Shown here piece by piece: positions 48,766-58,976 of a DNA stretch of 64,000 bases. The stretch's first letter is position 1. Each line of letters starts with the position of its first letter. The notes beneath the pieces are model-generated. The model saw only the letters and a list, made by a program, of their open reading frames with translations. It ran no database searches and was not told where the DNA came from. The position numbers and the translations under genes are program-made. This DNA comes from Marsupella aquatica (lineage: Eukaryota; Plantae; Marchantiophyta): NCBI GenBank assembly GCA_973895155.1, contig OZ316899.1, positions 2,997,455 through 3,061,454 on the forward strand. The letters run 5' to 3'.

Positions 48766-50160
48766 GTGAACATGGCAAGTGCAGAACGCCGTCAACTTAA
48801 AGGGAATGAGGTGGCTGATCCTTCAGAGGATGGGTTGGATGACGACGACTCCGATGCAAAAGGAAGCGACAACAAGGCTGAAGCCAAAATAGAGGAAGAG
48901 GGTCAGGACCCAGAGAAGGAACTGATCCTAGCCTTGAGAGGGTTGAATGCGGAACCAGAGGATGATGTCAAGCCGGACGTCATCCTGGATAATTTGACCA
49001 AGCAGAACTAGGATGACGCGGGTGATACCTCAGTCCCGGGAGGTCATGGTGCTTGTAAGACACGGGGGGTATCACCAAAATCCATAAGAGAACCTAAGGA
49101 CAGGTGGCCCGCAAAGGAAAGACGGTTGGAGGACTGTCCTCATACAACCCGCAAGGGCCCGACCGCTGACAACGGTCTGGGTCCGTTGACTCAAGACCAA
49201 CGACTCATCTATGAGCAATTGGAACACAACAAGGGGGCCCAGATTAAGTACTTACTTAGTCTGGGTAGTCAGAGTGCGTCGCGTCCCGAGGGGGGAATGG
49301 TAGTTGGACGGAGTGTGTTTCAAGTGAACCAGCTACCGACTCCTCCAACTTACGATGGGGCCTACGAACAAAGTGGACAAAAGTTCCTGAGTTGGCTCTC
49401 CACGATGGAGATTCATCTCCAAGCGTGCGTTGAGCGTTCCACTTGGGCTACCGCAGCCGCTCCTTACTTGAAGGACTATGCCTTGACTTGGTACAAGTCA
49501 TGGAAGAAGTCGTGAGAGGACTCCTCCTTGCCGTTAACTTGGGAAAACCTGGTTGAGGGTCTCTGTGCTCATGTCACCACTAAGTACCCGGAACGGCACG
49601 CTCAGAAATGTGTAACGGAGATGAGCTTTAGGGGTGATATCCAAAAGTTCATCACTTATTACCAGAATTAGCTGGCGTGTATCCCGGCGGGACAAGACAC
49701 CCTACATACACAGCTTCACAACTTTATCGTGAAGCTCCCGCCGTTGCTCAGGGAAAAGTTGCAGGAAAAGTGTCATGAGTTCAAAACGCTTTCTAACGCC
49801 TTCGACAAGGCCACTATGTTGGTGAATAACCATCCGGACTTGGCAAAGGTGGGTGGCAAGGGATCCGAGGGGGAAGCTGGGAAAGCGAAAGGTCCCGGGA
49901 ATAAGCGTAAGCAACCTGAGGGGGCGGGGGCTGGTGGTTCGGATCCCTAGCCCCAGAATGGAGAAGCTAAGCAAAACCGGAAGGCCGACAACTTTAAGAA
50001 AGGAGCCTCATCGGCACAGAAAGCAAAGAAGCAAGAAACCATGGAGCAGAGGCGGGCTGAAGGTTTGTGCTTCACATGTGGTGCCATGGGCCATCAAAGT
50101 AAGGATTGTTCCACAAAAGGTGGCAAACCAAATGGAGATGGTGGAGGGCAGAAGAGCATT
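48766..50160 (+). pseudogene. gag: I gag (multiple stops)
   Basis: PPTYDG...FLSWLSTME...YLKDYALTWY; knuckle CFTCGAMGHQSKDC. Confidence 0.85.
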
Positions 50161-50215
50161 AAGGTAAGTATCGCTCTAATCAAACCCTTAGTAGCTGACA
50201 AGGTCCCTGTAGGGG

Positions 50216-53100
50216 ATGTCCCTGACGGAGAGAGGGTGTTGTTGCGAGAGAAGATACCTAAAGTTAAGACAATGGATCCGGAAAAAACTGATTTTTGTGA
50301 ATGTCACTTCTAACCGTAATCTGGGTGTTGCTTTGGTGGATACAGGCGCAACCGCCTGCTTCATAAGTGGGCAGGCGGCAGCTTGTCTTGGGGTGGACGT
50401 GTTGCTACAACCGCTGGTGTGCAAGTTCGCCAACGACACAAAGGGGATAGTGTCGAGGGTAGTGCATAGACTTCGGGTAGAGGTCATAGGCAAACAACAA
50501 AATTTTGTTAGTCAGGAGATGTTCTACGTTCTAGACGGTCTAGCCGTAGACTTCATTTTGTCGGTAGGTTATCTCAGAAAGCACAATGTTACCTTGAAAC
50601 CGAGGGGTGAGGTGCTCCATTTTACCAATAAGGGCGGTGAGGCCATCGTTGTACACAAAATTACTGAAAATAAAGAAAGATTTCTTAAAGCAAGTAAAGT
50701 GTCGTGGATGTCTCCGTGTGTATCGGCAAAGCAATGGTGGAAAGACTTCAAGGGTGGACATGAATGTTTCTTCTTTCATCTCCACCCAACTAAGGAGGTT
50801 GCGTCGCAGCCAAAGGTCAAGTCAGCTAAGGTCGGGCCCGACTTCGGTCGAATTCCTGAAATTTTAGAGGAATTCAACGACGTGCTCTCGCAGAAGCTAC
50901 CTAAAGGTTTACCCCCGTGGAGAGAAGTGGATCACCAAGTTGAGTTGGAGCCGGGATCGGCTCCTCGGGCTAAAGCTCCTTATTGTCTAAACCTGAATGA
51001 GCGAATGATGTTGAAGAACACCTTGGAAGAGTTGATTGACCAAGGGTTCATTCGCCCTAGTAAGAGTCCTTACGGGGCGCTGTTTGTGTCCAAAAAGGAT
51101 GGTACTTTGAGATTTGCGCAGATTACCGGGCCCTCAATAAGCAAACGGTAAAGAACAAGTACCCGTTACCTCATATGGATGACCTCTTCGTTTGCCTCTC
51201 CGGGGCTAAGAAGTTTTCAAAGGTGGACTTGCGGTCTGGGTATTACCAGATCTGCATGGCTAAGGGAGACGAGTATAAGACCGCAATGGGCACAAGGTTC
51301 GGATCCTATGAGTTTTTGGTTATGCCGTTCGGGTTGTGTAATGCAACCGCAACGTTCATGAAGATGATGAATACCATTTTTCATGACTTGTTGGACCAAG
51401 GAGTGGTCGTCTTTATTGACGACATCCTAATCTACTCGAAAACGTTGGAGGAACATGAGCAGTTACTCAGAGAAGTGTTCTCTCGCGTTCGTAAGGCTCA
51501 TCTCTTTGCTAAACCTTGCAAGTGTGAGTTTGCGATGAACGAGATTCAGTTCCTCGGCCATACCTTTACCCCAAAAGGGATTACGCCTAGTCAGGACAAG
51601 CTTAAGGAGATCAAAGAATGGGAGCACCCGTCCAATGTAAGGCAAGTTAGAGCCTTCTTAAGATTTACGGGGTTCTATCGAAGATACATGAAAGACTATG
51701 CAAGGATTGCGAGACCCCTAAACGCGCTAATGTTGAAAAACAAAGTGTTTGTGTGGACATAGGATTGCGAGTTAGCATTCCTAGAACTTAAGAGGTTAAT
51801 GATAACGCCGCCGGTTCTAAAGTTACCTGAGATGGGGAAGCCGTTCGAGATTTGGACAAACGCAAGTGATTATGCCATTGGCGCCTGTCTTCACCAAGAT
51901 GGGCGTCCTGTGGCCTTTGAGTCATGTAAGTTGGAAAATCACTAGATCACGTCGGAAAGGGAAATGTATGTTGTGATCTATGCGTTGAAGAAGTGGGAGA
52001 TTTACCTTAAGAACGGTCCCAAAGTGGTAATCCATATAGATAGCTCGCCAGCCGGGTACTTCAGTTCTAAGCCAAGGTTGAACCCCAAGGAAATGCGTTG
52101 GCAAATGTTCTTGGCGGATTTTGATTTTGAAGTCCGCCACGTTCCAGGGAAGACAAATACGGCAGTGGACGCATTATTGCGTAAGGACCAACATCGGGTC
52201 AATGGGATCACAATGCTCGAATCCGAGTGGCCAAAGGTTCTGGCCGCAGCGTATGGGGATGACAGGTTAGCTAAGGAATGGCAAAGCAATGGGGGTAGCC
52301 AAGGCAAGGTAAGGCACGTATCGTTGGGGTTGGATAAGACACATAATGTCCAGTTACGGCGATACAAGCAGAGGCGTGTGTACATACCGGAGTCTCTAAG
52401 GTTAGAGGTTCTGCAAAAGTACCATGACTCGCCCTGGGGAGGGCATGGAGGACAAGCCACTACGTATTGCAGCATGTTGCGAGATGTGTATTGGCCGGAC
52501 ATGAAGCAACCAAACGGTCTATAGGGCAAAAGGAGGACTCCTACAACCCTTACCAGTAGCTGCGGCTCCATGGGAGTCTATCTCCATGGACTTCATTGTT
52601 GGGTTACCTGAGTCCCACGGCAGTAACTCCATCTTAACAATCGTGGATCATTTTTCCAAGATGACATATTTCTTGCCTACTACGAAGATGGTTTCAACCC
52701 GAGAGGTTGCCAATCTAGTATTTGACAATGTCTTCCGACAATGGGGATTGCCGTTGCATATCCTGTCCGACCGCAATACCAAGTTCACGTGCCATTTCTG
52801 GAAGGCGTTGTTACAGTTATCCGGAACAGACCTGACTAGAGGATCAGCGTATCATCACGAGATAGATGGCCAAACGGAACGGGTTAATGGTATTGTGGAG
52901 GACTACTTGCGTCACTTTGTGACGGCCAATCAGAAGGATTGGGCGAAGCATTTAACAATGGCCGAGTTTAGGTATAACTCGACCAAGCATTCGACGACGG
53001 GGTTTGCGCCGTTTGTGTTGGCCATAGGGAGGACGCCAAGGGCGCCCTCCTGGTTTATAAATCCGGAAGGTTGGCGGACGGAAAGCAAGGTTCCTTCCTT
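50216..53100 (+). pseudogene. pol: I pol: protease, RT, RNase H and integrase (damaged, truncated)
   Basis: LVDTGAT, KVDLRSGYYQ, MPFGLCNA, VFIDDILIYS, RWQMFLADFDF, HDSPWGGHGG, MDFIVGLP, LSDRNTKF, DGQTERVN. Confidence 0.92.
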
Positions 53101-55318
53101 GGGCCCCCACTCCCAGTAAAAAATCTCTACCCCCCTGTGAACGGACCCCCCCTTGGTACCCCTTGTTATTATTGTTGAAACATTAAAAAATTACCTTGTT
53201 ATTTAGAAAAACACACATTTTCAAAATAATTAATACCCTTTAGATAATTATAAAATCAAGATTTGAGTATTTTTTATATGCTTCAATAGTTACATTTTAT
53301 TTGTTCAAAGATAATGATTCATAGAAATGAGAACCAAGATAGTTAATACGATGAAGTATGCACTTTATTGAGAACACTATTACTAGAAATAGAAATTACT
53401 CTTATATGCCTATTTGGCAACATGATAAAAATAACAAAACACTATTTTTCTAGAACTGAGGAAATGTAAACTCTCTCCAGTTCTCCTACTATAAGTAAGA
53501 TTGACAATGAAATTCATAAGCTCAACTAATCTAATCACTAGGCTTCTCCTCACTAGACTTCTCCATTTCAGCTCCATGCTCACCAGCATGCTCACTTAAG
53601 TAGGTCAATTGTAACGGCCACTCTGCACGCCAAAATATGTGCTTGTAAAAATGAGTCGGCACAGCTGCACAGACTTCTGCAAATTCCGTGACAGGAATAA
53701 CTTCCAATATTCCCTTCAAACCCACCTTGGCAGGAAAAATAACATTGGAAGTTTCTTCACATGAATTACATAGATCACTATCAACACCACGAACATAACT
53801 TTGTATAACATCATCCCTCATCCTTTTTGACATTTTATGCTCCGCGCTAAGTTATTATTGACATTCTGCACACGAAGATCAACCCCAATCTTGGCAACTT
53901 GTCTCTGCTTTGCAATAGCTCTGCTCTTGTCACCCTTCATCATGCCACTTTTGAGCATATATCTTTTCAGTCCTGAATTGACCTGATTCAACATAGGTCA
54001 AAAGGGAGATCATCAATAGCTTTTGTTGTTCTCTAATTACAAGTTGCATTATATATAAATTCCAAGCATATATATATGAATGAAATGAATGAACCAAGAC
54101 AAGTAGTCGGGGAAGTAGTAGGTTCAAGATGTACCTTCTCCGCACAACCTGATTACACAATGTTGTTCCTGACAAAATTGTCCAGAGCAATCACATCATC
54201 TGGATTTAACAGGAACACAGATGGATACAAAGGATCAATTGTAAAATTGACAGTTGATATCACGCAGTCTAAGTCAATGATTTGAGGATCACACACGTTG
54301 TAGTAGAATTTGTGCCTACCAACCCCAATAGGAGTGAACCAATTGAAAACAACTTGACACGCTGTTTCAGAACCAGGCCTATCAAGTAAATCCAAGGCTT
54401 CTCTAGATCTGGCAACACTATTTCCATACTTCCGATGGATGCTTTGCACTCTGCCAATCCACCAAACATATTTTGGCCCAGAAATAGAACATGCTTTAAC
54501 TGGTTGACCTCTTGGCCTCTTTGGATTGCTGATAGGATCTTTTGATTTCCTTGCTTGCTTTTTCCCCTTTGCTGTTGTTTGCACAACACTTGTGCTGCGG
54601 GTAGTCCTAACCTGTAGTGTTTCATCAAGAAAAAACACACCACAGTCACTACCAACTGTCATGTACATAGTTGGAACACCTTCCTGATGGTTGGGTTTAT
54701 CAACTAAATTGTTGAAGTATATACTCTGCTTCACCCGAGTGAAATGGTCCTTACTCAGATCTGGGTTCCCAATCAATTGGCTAACTAAAGTACTCTTGTA
54801 GATCTGTCGGTCCTTAAAAGTAACAATTGGTTTGACATCTACTATTGGCGCACCATACAACAAGTCTGAGTGCATTATGTTCAGTGTGGCCTCAAGTTCA
54901 GAGGCAGCTACCTCTATATCAGGGTCTACCATTCTCTCTATGGAAACTTCAGCTTCAGCAGATGAGGCAGGTGCCTCTCTATCTAGGTTTTGCAAAACCG
55001 GTCCATCTAATATGGAGACTTCCTCCTGTGAGGTTGGAGCAGATGCAGCTGCTGCAGATTGACCTACAGCAGGACGGGGCCCTACTTCACCATCCAAAGT
55101 ATCCTGGACATCTACTAGTGAATCCAAATTGATTTCACACCAACCACCATACTTCACCCCTTTGGCCTCCACCTTCCAAGGAGATTTCCACCAGGTGATG
55201 TCCCTGCAAGAGATTGAAGGATTCATTTGCAACTCAATTGCTGTAGTTTGTGCCAACTTTAACCCTTCTTGCAAAATAGTGACAACCTGTGCATCATTTG
55301 TTGAGCATAGACGACATT
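53101..55318 (-). mobile_element. Element J: fragment of an unclassified, probably DNA-transposon-like element carrying an intron-containing gene
   Basis: I integrase breaks at GGGCCCCCACTCCC (G/C-run end resembling a TE terminus), followed by an AT-rich tract and minus-strand exons. The partner end is not in the window. Confidence 0.4.
54153..55286 (-). CDS. Large exon of an unknown protein in J; further damaged coding sequence at ~53531-53985
   Basis: GCACAG|GTT acceptor at 55286 followed by ~377 open codons (KSTLVSQLIGNPDLSKDHFTRVKQS, VGSDCGVFF, WWIGRV). The ORF-track N-terminus is borrowed from G. Confidence 0.55.
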   Translation of the reverse strand, partial: VVTILQEGLKLAQTTAIELQMNPSISCRDITWWKSPWKVEAKGVKYGGWCEINLDSLVDVQDTLDGEVGPRPAVGQSAAAASAPTSQEEVSILDGPVLQNLDREAPASSAEAEVSIERMVDPDIEVAASELEATLNIMHSDLLYGAPIVDVKPIVTFKDRQIYKSTLVSQLIGNPDLSKDHFTRVKQSIYFNNLVDKPNHQEGVPTMYMTVGSDCGVFFLDETLQVRTTRSTSVVQTTAKGKKQARKSKDPISNPKRPRGQPVKACSISGPKYVWWIGRVQSIHRKYGNSVARSREALDLLDRPGSETACQVVFNWFTPIGVGRHKFYYNVCDPQIIDLDCVISTVNFTIDPLYPSVFLLNPDDVIALDNFVRNNIV

Positions 55319-56400
55319 TGTAACAGCAAGCCCATAAACCATCCAACGCACAATAGTTGACACAGAGCGATACGTGGTTCACCTCCACATGAGGCTACGT
55401 CCACGGGAACACACAAGAGCTTTACTGCACTCTAGGCCGACCGGCCATACCAAGCATCCACAGCACAAGCTCTCCCTATGTAGTTTGCTATGAAGAACCA
55501 AAAACAGATTTATAGGTCTTCAAACTCGGTATTCGTTCCCGTAAAGAACAAGATGGGGTTGATTTGATACATAAAAACACAAATGAGAGTTTAAGGACTC
55601 TCTTTAACACATAGTAATCAGGATTGATTACTTTAATAAGGTATTTTGAAGATCGCTCCACAGCGGTGAGTAGTTTTTGATGATAACTCAACATCATATA
55701 ACCATCAATTAAGTAAAAGGTTGCAATTAACAAAACACAAGGAAAAATCTCTTAGAGTATGTTTAAGGGAGTTTGGAATATACCAAGGTTACTCCTTAGA
55801 CATAAGCAATAATGGAATGACTTTAAGGGAATTCAAATCCACACAGCTTTTCAGATCTAAACTGCATACTAGAGTATCCTTTTAAAATGCCGGCAACATG
55901 TCTTGACTTTTCTTCCTAAGTGATACTTAGTCAAGATCTAAAAGGATAAATACTTCAGCATTTAAATGGTACTAAGCAACATGAAGGTGAAAACATCATT
56001 TCCAATGCAACTTAAACTCAATGGGTTAACTCTAAGAACTTGTGAGATTACAATGTGTCACCAAAGCGGAATCTGACATTATAATTCACGAGATTCATAA
56101 CTGAGGTTTTACTTCAAGTATTTGGGTTCCAAAATACAAGAAGGAGGTAAGTCCCTCCTAGGATTGCCTGCTCTGAACTTCAAAAAGTCCAAAATCACAA
56201 GGACAACACCAAGGGGCGACAAGTCATGTCTGACTTACTTACTGCTGCTTATTAGAAGTGGAAGGTACTTATAGTGAAAAACATCGAGGAAAAACCCTTG
56301 GGGGTTGAAGAGTCATGACCCTTCAAAACCCTCAAAAAGTCAAAAATGAAAACTAAGTATGAAAAGGTCTAAAACTAACTAAGTTAAGTTTACCGTAGTA

Positions 56401-56461
56401 TCGTAAGATCGTAATTCGTAAAAGCGTAGGTTCGTAAGATCGTAATTCGTAAAAGCGTAGG
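56401..56461 (+). repeat. 31-bp tandem duplication rich in CGTA
   Basis: TCGTAAGATCGTAATTCGTAAAAGCGTAGG(T) twice. Confidence 0.9.
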
Positions 56462-56687
56462 CGCGGGAACTTAACGATAACCCTAAACTCAGCAAACTAA
56501 AGTATTTCTAACTTTCTAACTACAATCCAAAGTGATTGAGACTTTGCCAATGTGTTTTCCTATGTATAAGCTGTCTACTGAAAAAAAGACTTGATGAGTT
56601 TTGGAATCTTAAAACATGTCTAATAAAATCGAGCGGGGTACAGTAACTGAAACTGCCTCTGACACTTAACAAAATTGCAGGTCTGCT

Positions 56688-58976
56688 TCAATCTTTTGGT
56701 TGTCGAATATCCTCTGGTTCTCTAATTTCTACTTTCCAAATAGTGCGCGTCCGAATAGCTTCCCTTACTTCATCACAGTGAGGTTGATCCCGGATGTAAG
56801 GTAGACATCTCATCTGTCTTCCCCAATACATAAGTGGCATCCTTTTCTCCAAAAAGCACTGGTTGATTCTAATTGCTTCCCGTAAGATGCCTATGACATC
56901 TAAACAATTGCACGAGTTGGCGTAGACAGATGGGTAGAATTGTAAGAACATCTCTGTACTCAGCATCTTGTTGTAGGAGGATCGTAATTTCCACTGCACA
57001 TCCCGGAAGTAGCGAGTGTAGTTTGTTAGCTGCTGCGTGCTGATGTTGTTCCATACTCGCTGCTTGTCTTCATAAGAAGTGGTTGAAGTAAGGATAACCT
57101 TGGGTCCAGTGGGAATATATGAGTGATCAGGGGTAGTAGACTTGTTGCTCTGTTTTAGAAAAATCAGTAAGAAATCTAAAGCATAAGCGGCTATATTTCC
57201 CAAATAGGCCAGGATTAAATCCGGGTCATGAACTTCAACATCACCTTGTAGAAACATAACGGCCAGTATAGGTCGGAAGTAGACTGAATCTGTCCAGTAC
57301 TCATCAAACTGAGCCAACTCCACGCGAGAGGTACCAATCATCCTGAGATCAAAAATGTAGCTAGCCTCTGCTTTCTTCAAATAATAAAACCTCCAGAACT
57401 CACTTATAGGCGGTGTATTGGCATGCATAATCTTACAAGTGGTGACATACTTCTGGACTTGTTGCTCTAGTGTTCTAGGCTCCATTTTATAGATGATAGC
57501 GTTTCTAGGAGTCTGGGTAGAAGAAGTGACAACTGCAACAAGGTTGGGGTTAGATCGCAAGGCTGCATTAACTCTTTCGAATCCCTGATCTGGTGAGTCA
57601 CAGACTGGAATATCATAGGGAGAGAAGTATTCTGGTGTGGATGGAGGATCAGAATCTTCAGAAAAGGGAAATCCTTGATGAGAGAAGGGCTGTGTGGAGT
57701 GCAAAGATTTATGAGGTAGACTATCAGTAGGCTCATAATTTGAATCAGGACTATAGGGAAACTGAGAGGATGGCAGTGGGGAGCGTGAAGGTTCAGGTCT
57801 ATCAAGAAATTCATCGACTATGGAGGTGACTTCTTCTGAACGGCAGCCTAACATAGTAGTTAACTCATGGACAATCTTAAGGCAGGAGTGATGTTCTACA
57901 GATGAGCAGGGAGGAGGCTCTGAATTTGTAGGTGAGGTCTCCTTCAAGTCCGTAGGGGATGGAACTGAGATTTGAGCCCTAGTCTTAACAGCAAAAAGTT
58001 CCTCTGTGGAGAACTGAATTTCTGCTGGAGGTGAAGATGATGGCGAATTCTCATGATCCGGAGATGAAAGTGCAGAAGGAGGAACCTGTGTCACTGCGTC
58101 ATGGCGCAATTGCTCAATGGTCTCGTACAGTGAATGAAAGTCACAGTTGAGCAAAGCACACACCTTACTGATCAGGGTCTGATTGGAGTCGTCCTGTGCA
58201 AGTCGAATAGGAAACTTCCCCATTCCTGTGGAAAGGGGTGGTGAGGGGATCCCTGGGTAGTCTATCATCTCAGCATCTGTAGTAAGTGCTTCTAGGTCCA
58301 TGGGTACCTCATCTGAAGGACTTGAATTGTGAAGACTTGCCCGGCTGCCTGGAGAAGCTGGCGATATGACGTTTGCCTCTTCTGCTGTAGTAGGCATAAT
58401 TTCATCTTGTTCCCACAACTTGGAGATTTCTTCCATAAGATAATCTCTCTCCATCACCTCCTCAGGAAGTGAGCAATCAAAAGCGGAGTATAGCTGGGCT
58501 AGATAGTTTTGCAGTTGAGTTGATTGACTCGCCCTTAATGTCCGAAGTTGATCCCTCACAACATTGAAAAATACCAAAGCCCAATTGACCTTTACTCTAC
58601 CACTGTGCGCAGCGATGATGGTATTGGCCAGAGAAATGGAGCAAACAGTTGGTTTCTTGGGATGAAAAATAGGAACCAAAAATTCCAAAAGAATTCTTAG
58701 CTCCAAATGATTGCATTGACTCACATTCCAGCCATTTCTCTTATTCCGGGTACCTGAAAAGTATGGAGTGGATGTATCATCCTTGGGCGAAAGTAGCGCT
58801 TCTCCGTCAGCAGAACATCCAAAAGCATACGCGAAGTGATCTATGGTCCATTTGCTGGGCCGTCCTCGAATAGAAGTAGGCAAAGGTGAGGCGACAATTG
58901 ATCCTCTGACAAAATCTTCCAGGTAGGTGTCCAACTCTGAAGTCCATGGTAGTCGTAATAATTTCTCCAGTCCAAG
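56688..58976 (-). CDS. G accessory ORF (>762 aa, 5'-truncated by B), PMD-like N-terminus and Ser/Pro-rich middle
   Basis: The frame stays open upstream of 58934 to the B junction: LGLEKLLRLPW-TSELDT...; IRGRPSKWT...FG...YFSG...NGW...VNWA. Confidence 0.8.
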   Translation of the reverse strand, partial: LGLEKLLRLPWTSELDTYLEDFVRGSIVASPLPTSIRGRPSKWTIDHFAYAFGCSADGEALLSPKDDTSTPYFSGTRNKRNGWNVSQCNHLELRILLEFLVPIFHPKKPTVCSISLANTIIAAHSGRVKVNWALVFFNVVRDQLRTLRASQSTQLQNYLAQLYSAFDCSLPEEVMERDYLMEEISKLWEQDEIMPTTAEEANVISPASPGSRASLHNSSPSDEVPMDLEALTTDAEMIDYPGIPSPPLSTGMGKFPIRLAQDDSNQTLISKVCALLNCDFHSLYETIEQLRHDAVTQVPPSALSSPDHENSPSSSPPAEIQFSTEELFAVKTRAQISVPSPTDLKETSPTNSEPPPCSSVEHHSCLKIVHELTTMLGCRSEEVTSIVDEFLDRPEPSRSPLPSSQFPYSPDSNYEPTDSLPHKSLHSTQPFSHQGFPFSEDSDPPSTPEYFSPYDIPVCDSPDQGFERVNAALRSNPNLVAVVTSSTQTPRNAIIYKMEPRTLEQQVQKYVTTCKIMHANTPPISEFWRFYYLKKAEASYIFDLRMIGTSRVELAQFDEYWTDSVYFRPILAVMFLQGDVEVHDPDLILAYLGNIAAYALDFLLIFLKQSNKSTTPDHSYIPTGPKVILTSTTSYEDKQRVWNNISTQQLTNYTRYFRDVQWKLRSSYNKMLSTEMFLQFYPSVYANSCNCLDVIGILREAIRINQCFLEKRMPLMYWGRQMRCLPYIRDQPHCDEVREAIRTRTIWKVEIREPEDIRQPKD

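Larger units (their letters stand above)
46986..53100 (+). mobile_element. Element I: chromovirus-like Ty3/Gypsy, 5' LTR (~46986-48460, left edge approximate) plus gag-pol, 3'-truncated
   Basis: E pol stops abruptly; a GC-rich LTR-like block follows, then a canonical iMet PBS and gag-pol. Confidence 0.8.
55319..58976 (-). mobile_element. Element G: LTR-type element fragment (minus orientation, ends ...GTTACA), truncated by B
   Basis: The minus strand shows the common plant U5-type motif CCCGTGGACGTAGCC...GGTGAACCACGT ~50-90 bp before the GTTACA end. Confidence 0.7.

Noticed and set aside
55287-55388. N-terminus MEVNHVSLC... of the 411-aa ORF
   Set aside because: It reads through the U5-like end of G (GGTGAACCACGT) and an intron remnant; a chimeric ORF-track artefact.
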